Shown: piece by piece, positions 19,735-28,467 of the stretch
Layout of the letters: every line of letters begins with the position of its first letter
Position numbering within the stretch: position 1 is the stretch's first letter
Assembly (NCBI GenBank): GCA_039794005.1
Contig: JBAMMA010000011.1
Coordinates: 1-29,782 of the forward strand
Direction: 5' to 3'
Origin: Thermoplasmata archaeon
GTDB taxonomy: Archaea; Thermoplasmatota; Thermoplasmata; Thermoplasmatales; ARK-15
Length of the DNA: 29,782 nt
Notes under the pieces: model-generated
Databases searched by the model: none
What the model was told of the DNA's origin: nothing
The model's input: only the letters and a program-made list of their open reading frames with translations
Program-made: the position numbers and the translations under genes

Positions 19735-22284
19735 GTGAAAATCTTAGAGATATTAAAAAAAGAATATTCTGAATTGGAAAAAGGTTCAAGGTTAATAATT
19801 CTCGAAGGAAATGAAGGATCAGGTAAAACACATACGCTAAATGAATTTTGTAAAATAATTAAGAATGATGGAGCAATTTGCGTGTTTTTATCATTATCCA
19901 GATATCCTGAAAATCTGAACATTATGCCGGATGTAGATATTGTAAAAATTATTGAAAACTCTCTTCCAGATGCACAAAGAAATGTATTAAAAAATTTTTA
20001 TTATATAAATAAAGAGAAGAATATGATTTCATTAATAACATTAATATCATCGATATACAAATTAGTAATTATTTTGGATGATGCTGAAAATACTCCATCT
20101 GTGATATTAAACAATATTCTGTATTTGGGGATAAATCACAGAGATAAAAAATTGATGATTGTTCTGTCTTATAATCCATATCTTATATCAAAAACAATGA
20201 ATGAATTCATGGTAAAAATAGGCACATTGCCAAACAATTATATCATGAAGATAAGAATATCCTCGATGACGTTTGAGGAAGCTAAAGAGATTTCCCAAGA
20301 AAGAGGTTTAAAATTACCTGATTATGTTATAGAGAAGATTAACCAACTATCTAATGGTAATTTAAGCACTTTTATTGACATAACAAACTATCTAAGAAGC
20401 AAGGATGTCATTGACAAGGATGGTTATTTTGTGGGGAATTATAATGATATAGATACGATTGTCGTAAGCACTTTAAATAATTATTTGTTATCACTTTTAT
20501 CATCTTTAGGTGATGATGATATAGACTTTTTGGTATCAGCCTCAATTGTAGGATTAAATTTTTCTAAAAGTGAAATCCAATATTTAATGAGGATTGATGA
20601 TGAAAGATTTGAGAAAATAGTTGAAAATCTTATTAATAAGAACATAATTATAAAAATAAACGACGAAACATATTCATTTTCAAACAAATTATTTATTGAT
20701 ACAATTTTAAATAAATATACGACAAAATTAAAGAGAAGGATGTTGAGCAAAAAATTGGCCGAATTTTATGAAACAAAAAATATGAGCAGCATAAGAATTG
20801 GATTATTGTATTTGGATGCAAATGAGAATCAAAAGGCGTTTGAATATTTAAAAAAAGCAATTGGAGATCTATTTTCAAAAAGGAATTATAAAGAATTGAT
20901 CGAAATATTTGAAAAAATAAAGAATGTTGGCAGTTATGAAGATAATTTCGTTATAGGATATTCATATTATAAAATAGGAAAATTTGACAAGGCAATTGAA
21001 TATTTATCAAAAGATGAAAAAGTTAAATCAAAACTTTACATCTGTCTTTCATATTTGGATTTGGGTAGAATTGATGATGCTGAAAAGATATTAAATAGCA
21101 TAGAAAAATCAATAATTGATTATGATCTGCAATTTTTATATTATATGGTTAAATCGTATATTTCTGAAAAAAGATTTAATTTTAAAGAGGAAGAAAATAA
21201 TTTGATGAAAGCAAGGGAAATTGCAGAAATTGATGGTGATGCAGAAAAATTGAGTTATGTAAATAAACAGTTAGGGATTTATTACTATATTAATGGTGAT
21301 TTTGAAAGGGCTGAAAAATATTTTGAAAATAGTTTGGTATACTATAAAAAAATAAACGATTTAGATGGAATAGCCCGGATCTACAATAACTTGGCCATAA
21401 TAAACCATGGAAAAGACCTCAACAAATCAAAAGAATTTTATGAAAGGGCCCTTGGCATGGGTTATTTAGCAGGAAACAATTACATTTTGTTTGTAATAAA
21501 CTATAACCTGTCAATCATCAATTTCTGGTTGGGTAATGTCATTGAAGCTGAAAAATTATTGAATGTTTCCAATAAACTGTCCAAGATGATGAATGAACTA
21601 GACGTTAGGCATGCAATAAAAGCTTTGTTATCGGATATTAATACGATTCAAGGCCGATATAATATAGCAAGGGACAACATTGATGATGCAATTGAAATAA
21701 CAGAGAATTATAATTATAAATATTTTAACGATTTATATATTATTAAAAAGAATACTATAAACGTTATTTTTGGGCATAATCCTTCTTCTGAAGAATTAAA
21801 TTATTACTCTGAAAGGATTTATAAACAGCCTATTTCCCCATTAATTGCTTTATTCCATGGTGAAATTGGAATATCTTATTTCTTTTTAGGTGATTTACAA
21901 TTATCTATAAAATTTTTGGAAAGCGGTGTTCAAAGGGCAAGAAAAATGTTTCAGCCTTTTGATTATGTTTTTTATGAAGGAATATATTTAGCATCGCTGT
22001 TTTTATATGATCAGGAGAAATTTAAACATGAATATGATGAAATTTCGAGAAGATGGAAAGGTTTCAACGCAAACAATATATTTTTAAGGATTTTTGACGA
22101 ATTTGAAAATTCAAAAAATTTGGAAAAAGATTATGGTTATATGAATCTATTTTTACCGTTATATATTTATTATATATTAAAATATTATAAAACAGAAGAT
22201 AAAGAATTTATTGAGAAGGCCAAGGATTTATCTGAAAAATTTAAATTCAATGATATTTTAATAAAAAAATTAGAAAAAATTTAA
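19735..22284 (+). CDS. STAND-like P-loop ATPase with winged-helix and TPR repeats
   Basis: Walker A GNEGSGKT, Walker B IILDDAE, S.GN motif, ASIVG..F wHTH segment, multiple TPRs (LGIYYYINGDFERAEKYFENSL, IYNNLA). Confidence 0.85.
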   Translation: MKILEILKKEYSELEKGSRLIILEGNEGSGKTHTLNEFCKIIKNDGAICVFLSLSRYPENLNIMPDVDIVKIIENSLPDAQRNVLKNFYYINKEKNMISLITLISSIYKLVIILDDAENTPSVILNNILYLGINHRDKKLMIVLSYNPYLISKTMNEFMVKIGTLPNNYIMKIRISSMTFEEAKEISQERGLKLPDYVIEKINQLSNGNLSTFIDITNYLRSKDVIDKDGYFVGNYNDIDTIVVSTLNNYLLSLLSSLGDDDIDFLVSASIVGLNFSKSEIQYLMRIDDERFEKIVENLINKNIIIKINDETYSFSNKLFIDTILNKYTTKLKRRMLSKKLAEFYETKNMSSIRIGLLYLDANENQKAFEYLKKAIGDLFSKRNYKELIEIFEKIKNVGSYEDNFVIGYSYYKIGKFDKAIEYLSKDEKVKSKLYICLSYLDLGRIDDAEKILNSIEKSIIDYDLQFLYYMVKSYISEKRFNFKEEENNLMKAREIAEIDGDAEKLSYVNKQLGIYYYINGDFERAEKYFENSLVYYKKINDLDGIARIYNNLAIINHGKDLNKSKEFYERALGMGYLAGNNYILFVINYNLSIINFWLGNVIEAEKLLNVSNKLSKMMNELDVRHAIKALLSDINTIQGRYNIARDNIDDAIEITENYNYKYFNDLYIIKKNTINVIFGHNPSSEELNYYSERIYKQPISPLIALFHGEIGISYFFLGDLQLSIKFLESGVQRARKMFQPFDYVFYEGIYLASLFLYDQEKFKHEYDEISRRWKGFNANNIFLRIFDEFENSKNLEKDYGYMNLFLPLYIYYILKYYKTEDKEFIEKAKDLSEKFKFNDILIKKLEKI

Positions 22285-22841
22285 GGAGGATATGTTCTCC
22301 TTAATATTTTAATAAATTCTCTCATCCATGCGGGATGATCTAGCCAGGACCTTGAAGAGACCATGTTTCCATCCACGACAACCTCTTTGTCAATGAATAT
22401 TCCTCCTGCAAGTTCAACATCCTTTCTCAATTCTGGATAAGCAGCGACTTTTCTGTTCTTTAATAGACCTAGAGATCCTAGAATCAATGGTGCGTGACAT
22501 ATGTGTGCCACAGGTTTATTTGTTTCGAAAAAATGCCTCACAATTCTCTCTGTTTCTGGATGGTTTCTCAGATATTCTGGACCCCTTCCCCCTGGTATAA
22601 CCAAAGCTGTATATTCTTCTGGCCTAACATCACTAAATTTCTTTGTTGTCTTTACAAGATATCCTGGCTTCTCTGTATATGTGTCGAATCCGGGCTCAAA
22701 ATCGTGTATTACTGTTCTTATATTTTTAAGTTCGGGTGCAGCAATGTCCACTTCATAGCCCTCTTCTTTAAGTCTTTGGTATGGATATAAAGTTTCCAGG
22801 CTCTCTGTAGCATCTCCTGCCAAAATTAATACCTTTGTCAT
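22281..22841 (-). CDS. pfpI: DJ-1/PfpI family protein
   Basis: ESLE..YP, IPGGRGPEYLR, nucleophile ICH, VVVDGN.VSSR.W.D; SD GGAGG. Confidence 0.93.
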   Translation of the reverse strand: MTKVLILAGDATESLETLYPYQRLKEEGYEVDIAAPELKNIRTVIHDFEPGFDTYTEKPGYLVKTTKKFSDVRPEEYTALVIPGGRGPEYLRNHPETERIVRHFFETNKPVAHICHAPLILGSLGLLKNRKVAAYPELRKDVELAGGIFIDKEVVVDGNMVSSRSWLDHPAWMREFIKILRRTYPP

Positions 22842-22963
22842 TTTGCTCCCTCCAAATATATATAAGAAAATCTTATATTTAAAATTTCCTAAAAAATGTT
22901 AAAATTCTTATTGGTAATTTTTAAAGAATTGTTAAAATATTTGTAAGTAATAATATTAAAGAT

Positions 22964-23476
22964 ATGGAATACTTGGATGAGGAAATAATTAAAAAAATAT
23001 TAGAAGAAATTGACAAAAATATCAATACATCACTTAAATGGAAATCACATTTAAGGAATAAAATAATATTTTTGTTGTTATTATATACAGGAGCAAAATT
23101 AAATGAAATTTTGGAATTAAATAAAGAGAATATCGATTTAGAAAATAATAAGATATATATAGGATATAAAAAGAAACAGAGAGAAATACCAATACATCCT
23201 AATTTAAAATCAGAACTTGAAAAATATTTAAAATTTATAGATAAAAATGAAAAATTGTTTGATATAACGCGGCAAGTTTTTAACATTTATTTGTCTGAAT
23301 TGTCTGATGAAATGTCTATTAAAATTACACCTAGGACTATTACGAACACATTTATAAAAAGGGCCATTGAAGCAAATATACCTGCCGACATAATTACAAA
23401 GTGGTTAGGCAGAAAGATAGAATTCAAAAACATAACTATGAAATCCGATTATGAATTCATGATGAGAATTCCCTAG
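22964..23476 (+). CDS. tyrosine recombinase catalytic-domain-like protein, predicted inactive
   Basis: RN.II..LLYTGAK..E..L, K.R.IPI, ITPRTITNTF, WLGR: fold motifs present but catalytic R, HxxR and H are replaced; no N-terminal core-binding domain. Confidence 0.8.
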   Translation: MEYLDEEIIKKILEEIDKNINTSLKWKSHLRNKIIFLLLLYTGAKLNEILELNKENIDLENNKIYIGYKKKQREIPIHPNLKSELEKYLKFIDKNEKLFDITRQVFNIYLSELSDEMSIKITPRTITNTFIKRAIEANIPADIITKWLGRKIEFKNITMKSDYEFMMRIP

Positions 23477-25463
23477 CGTTTAATTTGCTTTTTGCATATT
23501 CAATTATTTCTTCTGCCAACTTCTTGCCAATACCTGGAATTGAAGATAATTTATTTACATCTGAATTAGCCAAATCCTTTAATGATTTATAACCCATATT
23601 AAACAATCTTCTTCCCCTGATTCTACCAATATTTGGTATTGAAACAATTTCAATAAGTTCTTCTCTAATTCCATACCTAATTCTAAATCTAAGCTTCATA
23701 ATTTCTTTATTATATTTATATTTGAATATTTCACCTATTCTTTCATAGGAGTTTAAAAGCCAATCGGCTATTTCTATTCTGGAATATATATCTCCTGGTC
23801 CAACGTCATACTTTTCTATCAATTCATCTATGTCTTTTTCATTTATCCAATCGTATAACAATAGTGATGTTGCATAAGCATCAAGATCATAATCTCCTCG
23901 ACAGTAATATGAAGGATAGTCTAAATTATCATTATACTTTATTTTAACCATTTCTGGAACAATAGAAATATAATATAAAATACAATTTTCATTGAAATTT
24001 TCACTCAAAGAGTCCCTAAACAAAATTCCTGTCAATGGATCTATGTACATATTTGACACTGCGTTCCCAAATTTTGTGGCCCTTAAATATTTCCTCTTTT
24101 CAATAAGGCCTTCCTCTAATAAAAATTCTATTATTTCATCTAATTTTTCACTTAAATCTATTTTATTCATGAAGACCAAAAAAGAATTATCAAAGAATTT
24201 TTTTATACATTCATTATCTTTACAAAGACCGCTTGATATTAAACCCAATATATGCATTCTCAAATTTTTTTCATCGTTTAAATTAGAATAGATGTTTTCA
24301 ACAGAATTTAAATAATCTAAATCAAAATCACCCCTTCTACTTAGAACTATTCCTTCACCGTATGGATCTAGACCAGGTCTCCCCGCTCTACCTAACATTT
24401 GCTTTATCTCAAAAGATGGCAGTAATACCATCCCATCCTCCGTATATCTATAAATATCTCTAACAATAACTGTTCTTGCTGGTAGATTTACACCGGCCGC
24501 AAGAGTTGGTGTTGCAACTAAACACAATAGTTTTCTTTTCCTAAAGAGATCTTCAATGAATTTTCTTTGTTCATTTGAAAGACCTGCATGGTGAAAAGAT
24601 ACCCCATAATTGATTAAATTGTTTATTTTTTCATTGTAAAGGTTTTTTTCTTCACCGCCTTCATATTTTAAATTTAATTCTCTGGCATATTTTTTAACAT
24701 GTTCCTTTAATTCTTCAGCTAATTTTTCAGCTTGTTTCCTGCTATTAACAAAAACGAGGACCTGACCACCTTTTTCAAGGCTTCTTAAAATTAAATTTCC
24801 GATTCTAAGGTTATCCTCTTTGATATATTCAACACTACCATCATCAAATTTTAATATATTTTTACTATAAACTCCAATCTTTAATGGGATTGGTCGAAAC
24901 GTTGAAAAAACGATATCTGCATTAAGCCAATTTGCAAGATCTTCATAATTTGAAATTGTCGCGCTTAATGCAATAATCTGAATAGACACCTTATAGAATT
25001 TAAATTTTGTAAGTATAATCTCAATGGTAGATCCTCTTTCATAATCCTGCATTAAATGTATTTCATCTGTAATTAAAACACCTATTTGATAAATGAAATC
25101 TGGATCCTGTCTCAATATTGCATCCAATTTTTCATAAACACCTATAACAATGTCTGAATCTTTAACTTCTTTATCATTTGAATCATAATCTCCAATGGAA
25201 AGACTAATTTTTTTATCAACAAAAATTTTTTTGAGTTCATCATATTTTTCATATGCGATGGATCTGAGTGGAACTAAATATACTGCCTTCATATTCAAAT
25301 TCATTGCCCTTAAGATTCCAGCATAAGCAATAAAAGTCTTTCCCGAAGCGGTAGGCATAGAAATAACAACATTTTTTCCATCCATTATCTTTTTAATTGC
25401 TTCTTCCTGTGGGGGATAAAGTTTTTGAATGCCCAATATATTTTTTAACTCATCAATATTCAT
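23457..25463 (-). CDS. hel308: Hel308/Hjm Ski2-like DNA helicase
   Basis: LYPPQ, PTASGKT, DEIH, SAT, FHHAGL, TPTLAAGVNLPA, QMLGRAGRP, C-terminal HhH motifs. Confidence 0.93.
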   Translation of the reverse strand: MNIDELKNILGIQKLYPPQEEAIKKIMDGKNVVISMPTASGKTFIAYAGILRAMNLNMKAVYLVPLRSIAYEKYDELKKIFVDKKISLSIGDYDSNDKEVKDSDIVIGVYEKLDAILRQDPDFIYQIGVLITDEIHLMQDYERGSTIEIILTKFKFYKVSIQIIALSATISNYEDLANWLNADIVFSTFRPIPLKIGVYSKNILKFDDGSVEYIKEDNLRIGNLILRSLEKGGQVLVFVNSRKQAEKLAEELKEHVKKYARELNLKYEGGEEKNLYNEKINNLINYGVSFHHAGLSNEQRKFIEDLFRKRKLLCLVATPTLAAGVNLPARTVIVRDIYRYTEDGMVLLPSFEIKQMLGRAGRPGLDPYGEGIVLSRRGDFDLDYLNSVENIYSNLNDEKNLRMHILGLISSGLCKDNECIKKFFDNSFLVFMNKIDLSEKLDEIIEFLLEEGLIEKRKYLRATKFGNAVSNMYIDPLTGILFRDSLSENFNENCILYYISIVPEMVKIKYNDNLDYPSYYCRGDYDLDAYATSLLLYDWINEKDIDELIEKYDVGPGDIYSRIEIADWLLNSYERIGEIFKYKYNKEIMKLRFRIRYGIREELIEIVSIPNIGRIRGRRLFNMGYKSLKDLANSDVNKLSSIPGIGKKLAEEIIEYAKSKLNAREFSS

Positions 25464-25554
25464 TTAAATTAATCGATATTATCAATTTTAAAAATCTTTT
25501 CTTTAATTTATTAAAAAATGAAAAGATTTATAAACAAATGAATTTTATGCTTAG

Positions 25555-25926
25555 GTGCGTCGGGTGAGTCAGATGGAAAAATCAAACCCAGAACTTAAAG
25601 AATTGATCATATTCCTAAAAAAGGCATCAAAAAAGGAGAACGTAAACATCTGGCGAGACGTTGCCGAAAGGCTGGAAAGGCCTAGAAAAAATTGGGCTGA
25701 AGTAAATGTGAGCAAAATTAATAGGTATGCGGAAAATGGCGATGTAATAATAGTTCCTGGAAAAGTTTTAGGTACGGGTCTGCTTCAAAAAAAGGTAACG
25801 GTCTCCGCCTTTAGATTTTCAAAAAGTGCAAAGGAGAAAATAGAATCAGCTGGAGGAAAAACGATTACAATTAAAGAACTGGTAAATCTAAATCCAAAGG
25901 GATTTAGGGTAAAGATTATGGGGTGA
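25555..25926 (+). CDS. rpl18e: 50S ribosomal protein L18e
   Basis: K.NP.L..LI, W..VA..L..PR, EVNVSKI, VPGKVLG.G; start may be ATG 25573. Confidence 0.96.
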   Translation: MRRVSQMEKSNPELKELIIFLKKASKKENVNIWRDVAERLERPRKNWAEVNVSKINRYAENGDVIIVPGKVLGTGLLQKKVTVSAFRFSKSAKEKIESAGGKTITIKELVNLNPKGFRVKIMG

Positions 25927-25930
25927 AATA

Positions 25931-26344
25931 ATGAAGGTGATTGATGCAACTGATCATGTATTGGGAAGATTATCATCCTTTGTTGCAAAGATGCTTTTGA
26001 ATGGAGAAGAAGTAATAATAATAAATGCTGAAAAGAGCATAATAACAGGAAATAAATATTACATATTTGATAAATATATGCAAAAATTTAAAAGAGGGTC
26101 AGTAAGAAAAGGTCCAAGGTTTCCAAGAATGCCTGACAGAATTTTAAGAAGAACTGTGAGGGGAATGTTACCATACCAGACACCACATGGAAAAAATGCG
26201 TATAGAAAATTAAAGGTATACATAGGTGTTCCTGAAGGTATTGATGCATCAAAGGCAGAAAAAATAGAGAAAGCCATGTATACAAAGATTAAAAATAAAG
26301 TTACCTTGGGTGAAGTTTCAAAACATTTGGGGGCTAAATTCTGA
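25931..26344 (+). CDS. rpl13: 50S ribosomal protein L13
   Basis: IDA...VLGRL.S.VAK.LL.G, GP..PR.PD.I.RRTVRGMLP. Confidence 0.97.
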   Translation: MKVIDATDHVLGRLSSFVAKMLLNGEEVIIINAEKSIITGNKYYIFDKYMQKFKRGSVRKGPRFPRMPDRILRRTVRGMLPYQTPHGKNAYRKLKVYIGVPEGIDASKAEKIEKAMYTKIKNKVTLGEVSKHLGAKF

Positions 26345-26353
26345 GGTGATATT

Positions 26354-26758
26354 ATGGAGAATAAGGTAATTGTGGCTACAGGTAAAAGGAAAACCGCAGT
26401 TGCAAGGGCTGTAATAAAGCAGGGTAATGGAAATGTAAGGATAAATCATGTTCCTATTGATCTTTACAGACCTGAAATATTAAGGCCTTTAATAAAAGAG
26501 CCATTGTTGTTGATTGGTGAAAAAGCTAACCAGATTGATATTAACGTTAATGTTCATGGCGGAGGTATAATGGGGCAAACAGAGGCTGCAAGGACTGCAA
26601 TTGCAAGGGCAATAGTTAAATTCTTTGATGATCCCACTATAGAGAAAATTTACAGGGAATATAACAGAACATTAATAGTGAATGATATAAGAAGGAAATT
26701 ACCAAAACAGCCCAGAGGAAGAGGTGCCAGGGCAAAGGTACAGAAATCTTACAGGTGA
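26354..26758 (+). CDS. rps9: 30S ribosomal protein S9
   Basis: GKRKTAVARA, V.GGG.MGQ.EA.R.AIAR, GARA..QKSYR; SD GAGGTGA. Confidence 0.97.
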   Translation: MENKVIVATGKRKTAVARAVIKQGNGNVRINHVPIDLYRPEILRPLIKEPLLLIGEKANQIDINVNVHGGGIMGQTEAARTAIARAIVKFFDDPTIEKIYREYNRTLIVNDIRRKLPKQPRGRGARAKVQKSYR

Positions 26759-26764
26759 TGCAAC

Positions 26765-26986
26765 ATGATGATGCCAATTAGATGCTTTTCTTGTGGAAGA
26801 GTCATAATTACGGATTACATTAAATTTCAAGAAAATGTTGAGAAAATAAGAAGAGAGAAAAACAGAGACCCTACTTCTGAAGAGATTGATGAAATATTTA
26901 ATTCCCTGGGGGTAAATAGATACTGTTGTAGAAGGATGATAATATCGCATGTTGACCTTATAGATGATGTAATAGGATTTGATTGA
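26765..26986 (+). CDS. rpoN: RNA polymerase subunit N (Rpo10)
   Basis: PIRCFSCG and RYCCRRM zinc motifs; conserved position after rps9. Confidence 0.97.
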   Translation: MMMPIRCFSCGRVIITDYIKFQENVEKIRREKNRDPTSEEIDEIFNSLGVNRYCCRRMIISHVDLIDDVIGFD

Positions 26987-26988
26987 AT

Positions 26989-27063
26989 GGGACCGTGGGG
27001 TAGCTTGGTCCATCCTACCAGCCTGGGGCGCTGGCGACCCGGATTCAAATTCCGGCGGTCCCA
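26989..27063 (+). tRNA. tRNA-Pro (GGG)
   Basis: Acceptor stem GGGACCG/CGGTCCC; anticodon arm CCAGC-CTGGGGC-GCTGG; T-arm CCGGA-TTCAAAT-TCCGG; starts 2 nt after the rpoN stop. Confidence 0.96.
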
Positions 27064-27071
27064 TCAATTTC

Positions 27072-27500
27072 TTAAATTAAATATTTTAGATAATGATTCA
27101 TTTTTTCAATACATTTTGTAAATTCTTCTAATTCATTTTTTGGCACCTTCTTAATTAATTTTCTCAGGTTATTTTTTATCTCATTAACAATATTTTCGGA
27201 ATATTTTTTTCCTTTTTCAGTCAAAATTATGTAAGTAACCCTTTTATCATTACCCTTTATTTTTTTAATCATATTATTTTTTTCCAAATTTTCTAAAGTC
27301 ATTGTTACCATTGATTTAGAAAATCCTGTCAATTTTGAAAGTTTTGTTGGTGTAATCTTATTTTCTTCGTTTATTTTTAATAAGAAAATTATTTCTGTTT
27401 TATTCATAACATTTTTTGGTATTATATTCTTATAAATATCATTTAAAGATTTTTTCAATTCAATAATCTGATCTATTGAATATTCATCCATTTTTAACAC
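27072..27500 (-). CDS. MarR family transcriptional regulator
   Basis: TPTKLS...SKSMVT..L..LEK..MI.K....DKR...I.LTEKG; start may be ATG 27491. Confidence 0.9.
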   Translation of the reverse strand: MLKMDEYSIDQIIELKKSLNDIYKNIIPKNVMNKTEIIFLLKINEENKITPTKLSKLTGFSKSMVTMTLENLEKNNMIKKIKGNDKRVTYIILTEKGKKYSENIVNEIKNNLRKLIKKVPKNELEEFTKCIEKMNHYLKYLI

Positions 27501-27537
27501 CCAGCTTTATATTAAATATATTATTAAAAAATAAGCT

Positions 27538-27810
27538 TTACCATTCAATACCGTACAGTTTCATCAACTCTTTGAACTTTAAGTATTCATTTAGCAGTTT
27601 TTTACCTTTTTCTGTTAAATTATAATAAATGTGGCCGTCATAATAATAGGCCTGTATTAGTTCATTTTTTAAGAGATTTTCTTCAATTTCTTTAAATTTT
27701 GTATATGGAATATTAACTTTTCTGGTAATAATTGATCCTGTACATTTTTCTTCATTTATTAGCTGCAAGATTTCGAATATTATTCTATTTTCTGATCTAT
27801 TTTTTCTCAT
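27538..27810 (-). CDS. small archaeal winged-helix regulator
   Basis: RS...II.EIL..I.....T..NI.Y......L....LI......Y.LTEKG pattern. Confidence 0.85.
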   Translation of the reverse strand: MRKNRSENRIIFEILQLINEEKCTGSIITRKVNIPYTKFKEIEENLLKNELIQAYYYDGHIYYNLTEKGKKLLNEYLKFKELMKLYGIEW

Positions 27811-28354
27811 ACTTTTTCACTGTTTCTAAAGCTGGAATAATAAAGAATATCGTACCTAAGGTGAAAAATAGGTATGAATAAAATGAAAAATATGTTATAT
27901 CCTCAAATACTAAAAATATTGAAATTAAAATGGAAATCCAATAAAAGATTGTAGATATCAAAATTAAGTTTGAACCATATTTATCGTTTATCTTCTTTTT
28001 TGTGAATTCGACTAAATTAAATGTGACGAAGTAGAAGGAGATCATAAGGGCAAAATCATCTATCAAAAATGTTATTGGCAAAATTACTAGAAATAACTCA
28101 TTGGATAAATATGATCTATAAATGTTAAAAAAGAAAATTGTTTCAAAAACATATGCATAACTTAAATATAAATCATTGTTTGTGATAACATAAAAATAAA
28201 TGAGAAGAAAATAGACAGGTAAAAATATGTATAATAAAGTATATCTTAATAATCCCAACTTAATTTTCAATGGTAATAAAATAAAGGGTACCAATGAAAA
28301 TATAAACATTGCAATTGTTATATATTCTATTATTATTTTGTTCACTATTATCAT
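27797..28354 (-). CDS. hypothetical polytopic membrane protein
   Basis: 185 aa with about 6-7 hydrophobic segments; 3' end overlaps the wHTH start by 14 nt. Confidence 0.7.
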   Translation of the reverse strand: MIIVNKIIIEYITIAMFIFSLVPFILLPLKIKLGLLRYTLLYIFLPVYFLLIYFYVITNNDLYLSYAYVFETIFFFNIYRSYLSNELFLVILPITFLIDDFALMISFYFVTFNLVEFTKKKINDKYGSNLILISTIFYWISILISIFLVFEDITYFSFYSYLFFTLGTIFFIIPALETVKKYEKK

Positions 28355-28467
28355 ACATATAAAATATCAGAATTATAAATTTAATTGTTTTTATTTATTT
28401 TATTTATGATTTTTATTAAAATTGCATGTAAAAAAATTTTAAAATATTTTATTTTTATCTAACAATC

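Noticed and set aside
26540-26554. ATTAACGTTAATGTT in rps9, identical to 4764-4778
   Set aside because: Encodes INVNV in a conserved protein; probably coincidental, and a reason for caution about the polB palindrome
22964-27063. Integrated element bounded by the recombinase-like gene and tRNA-Pro
   Set aside because: Intervening genes are core (hel308, ribosomal operon), no tRNA 3' duplication was seen, and the recombinase lacks catalytic residues
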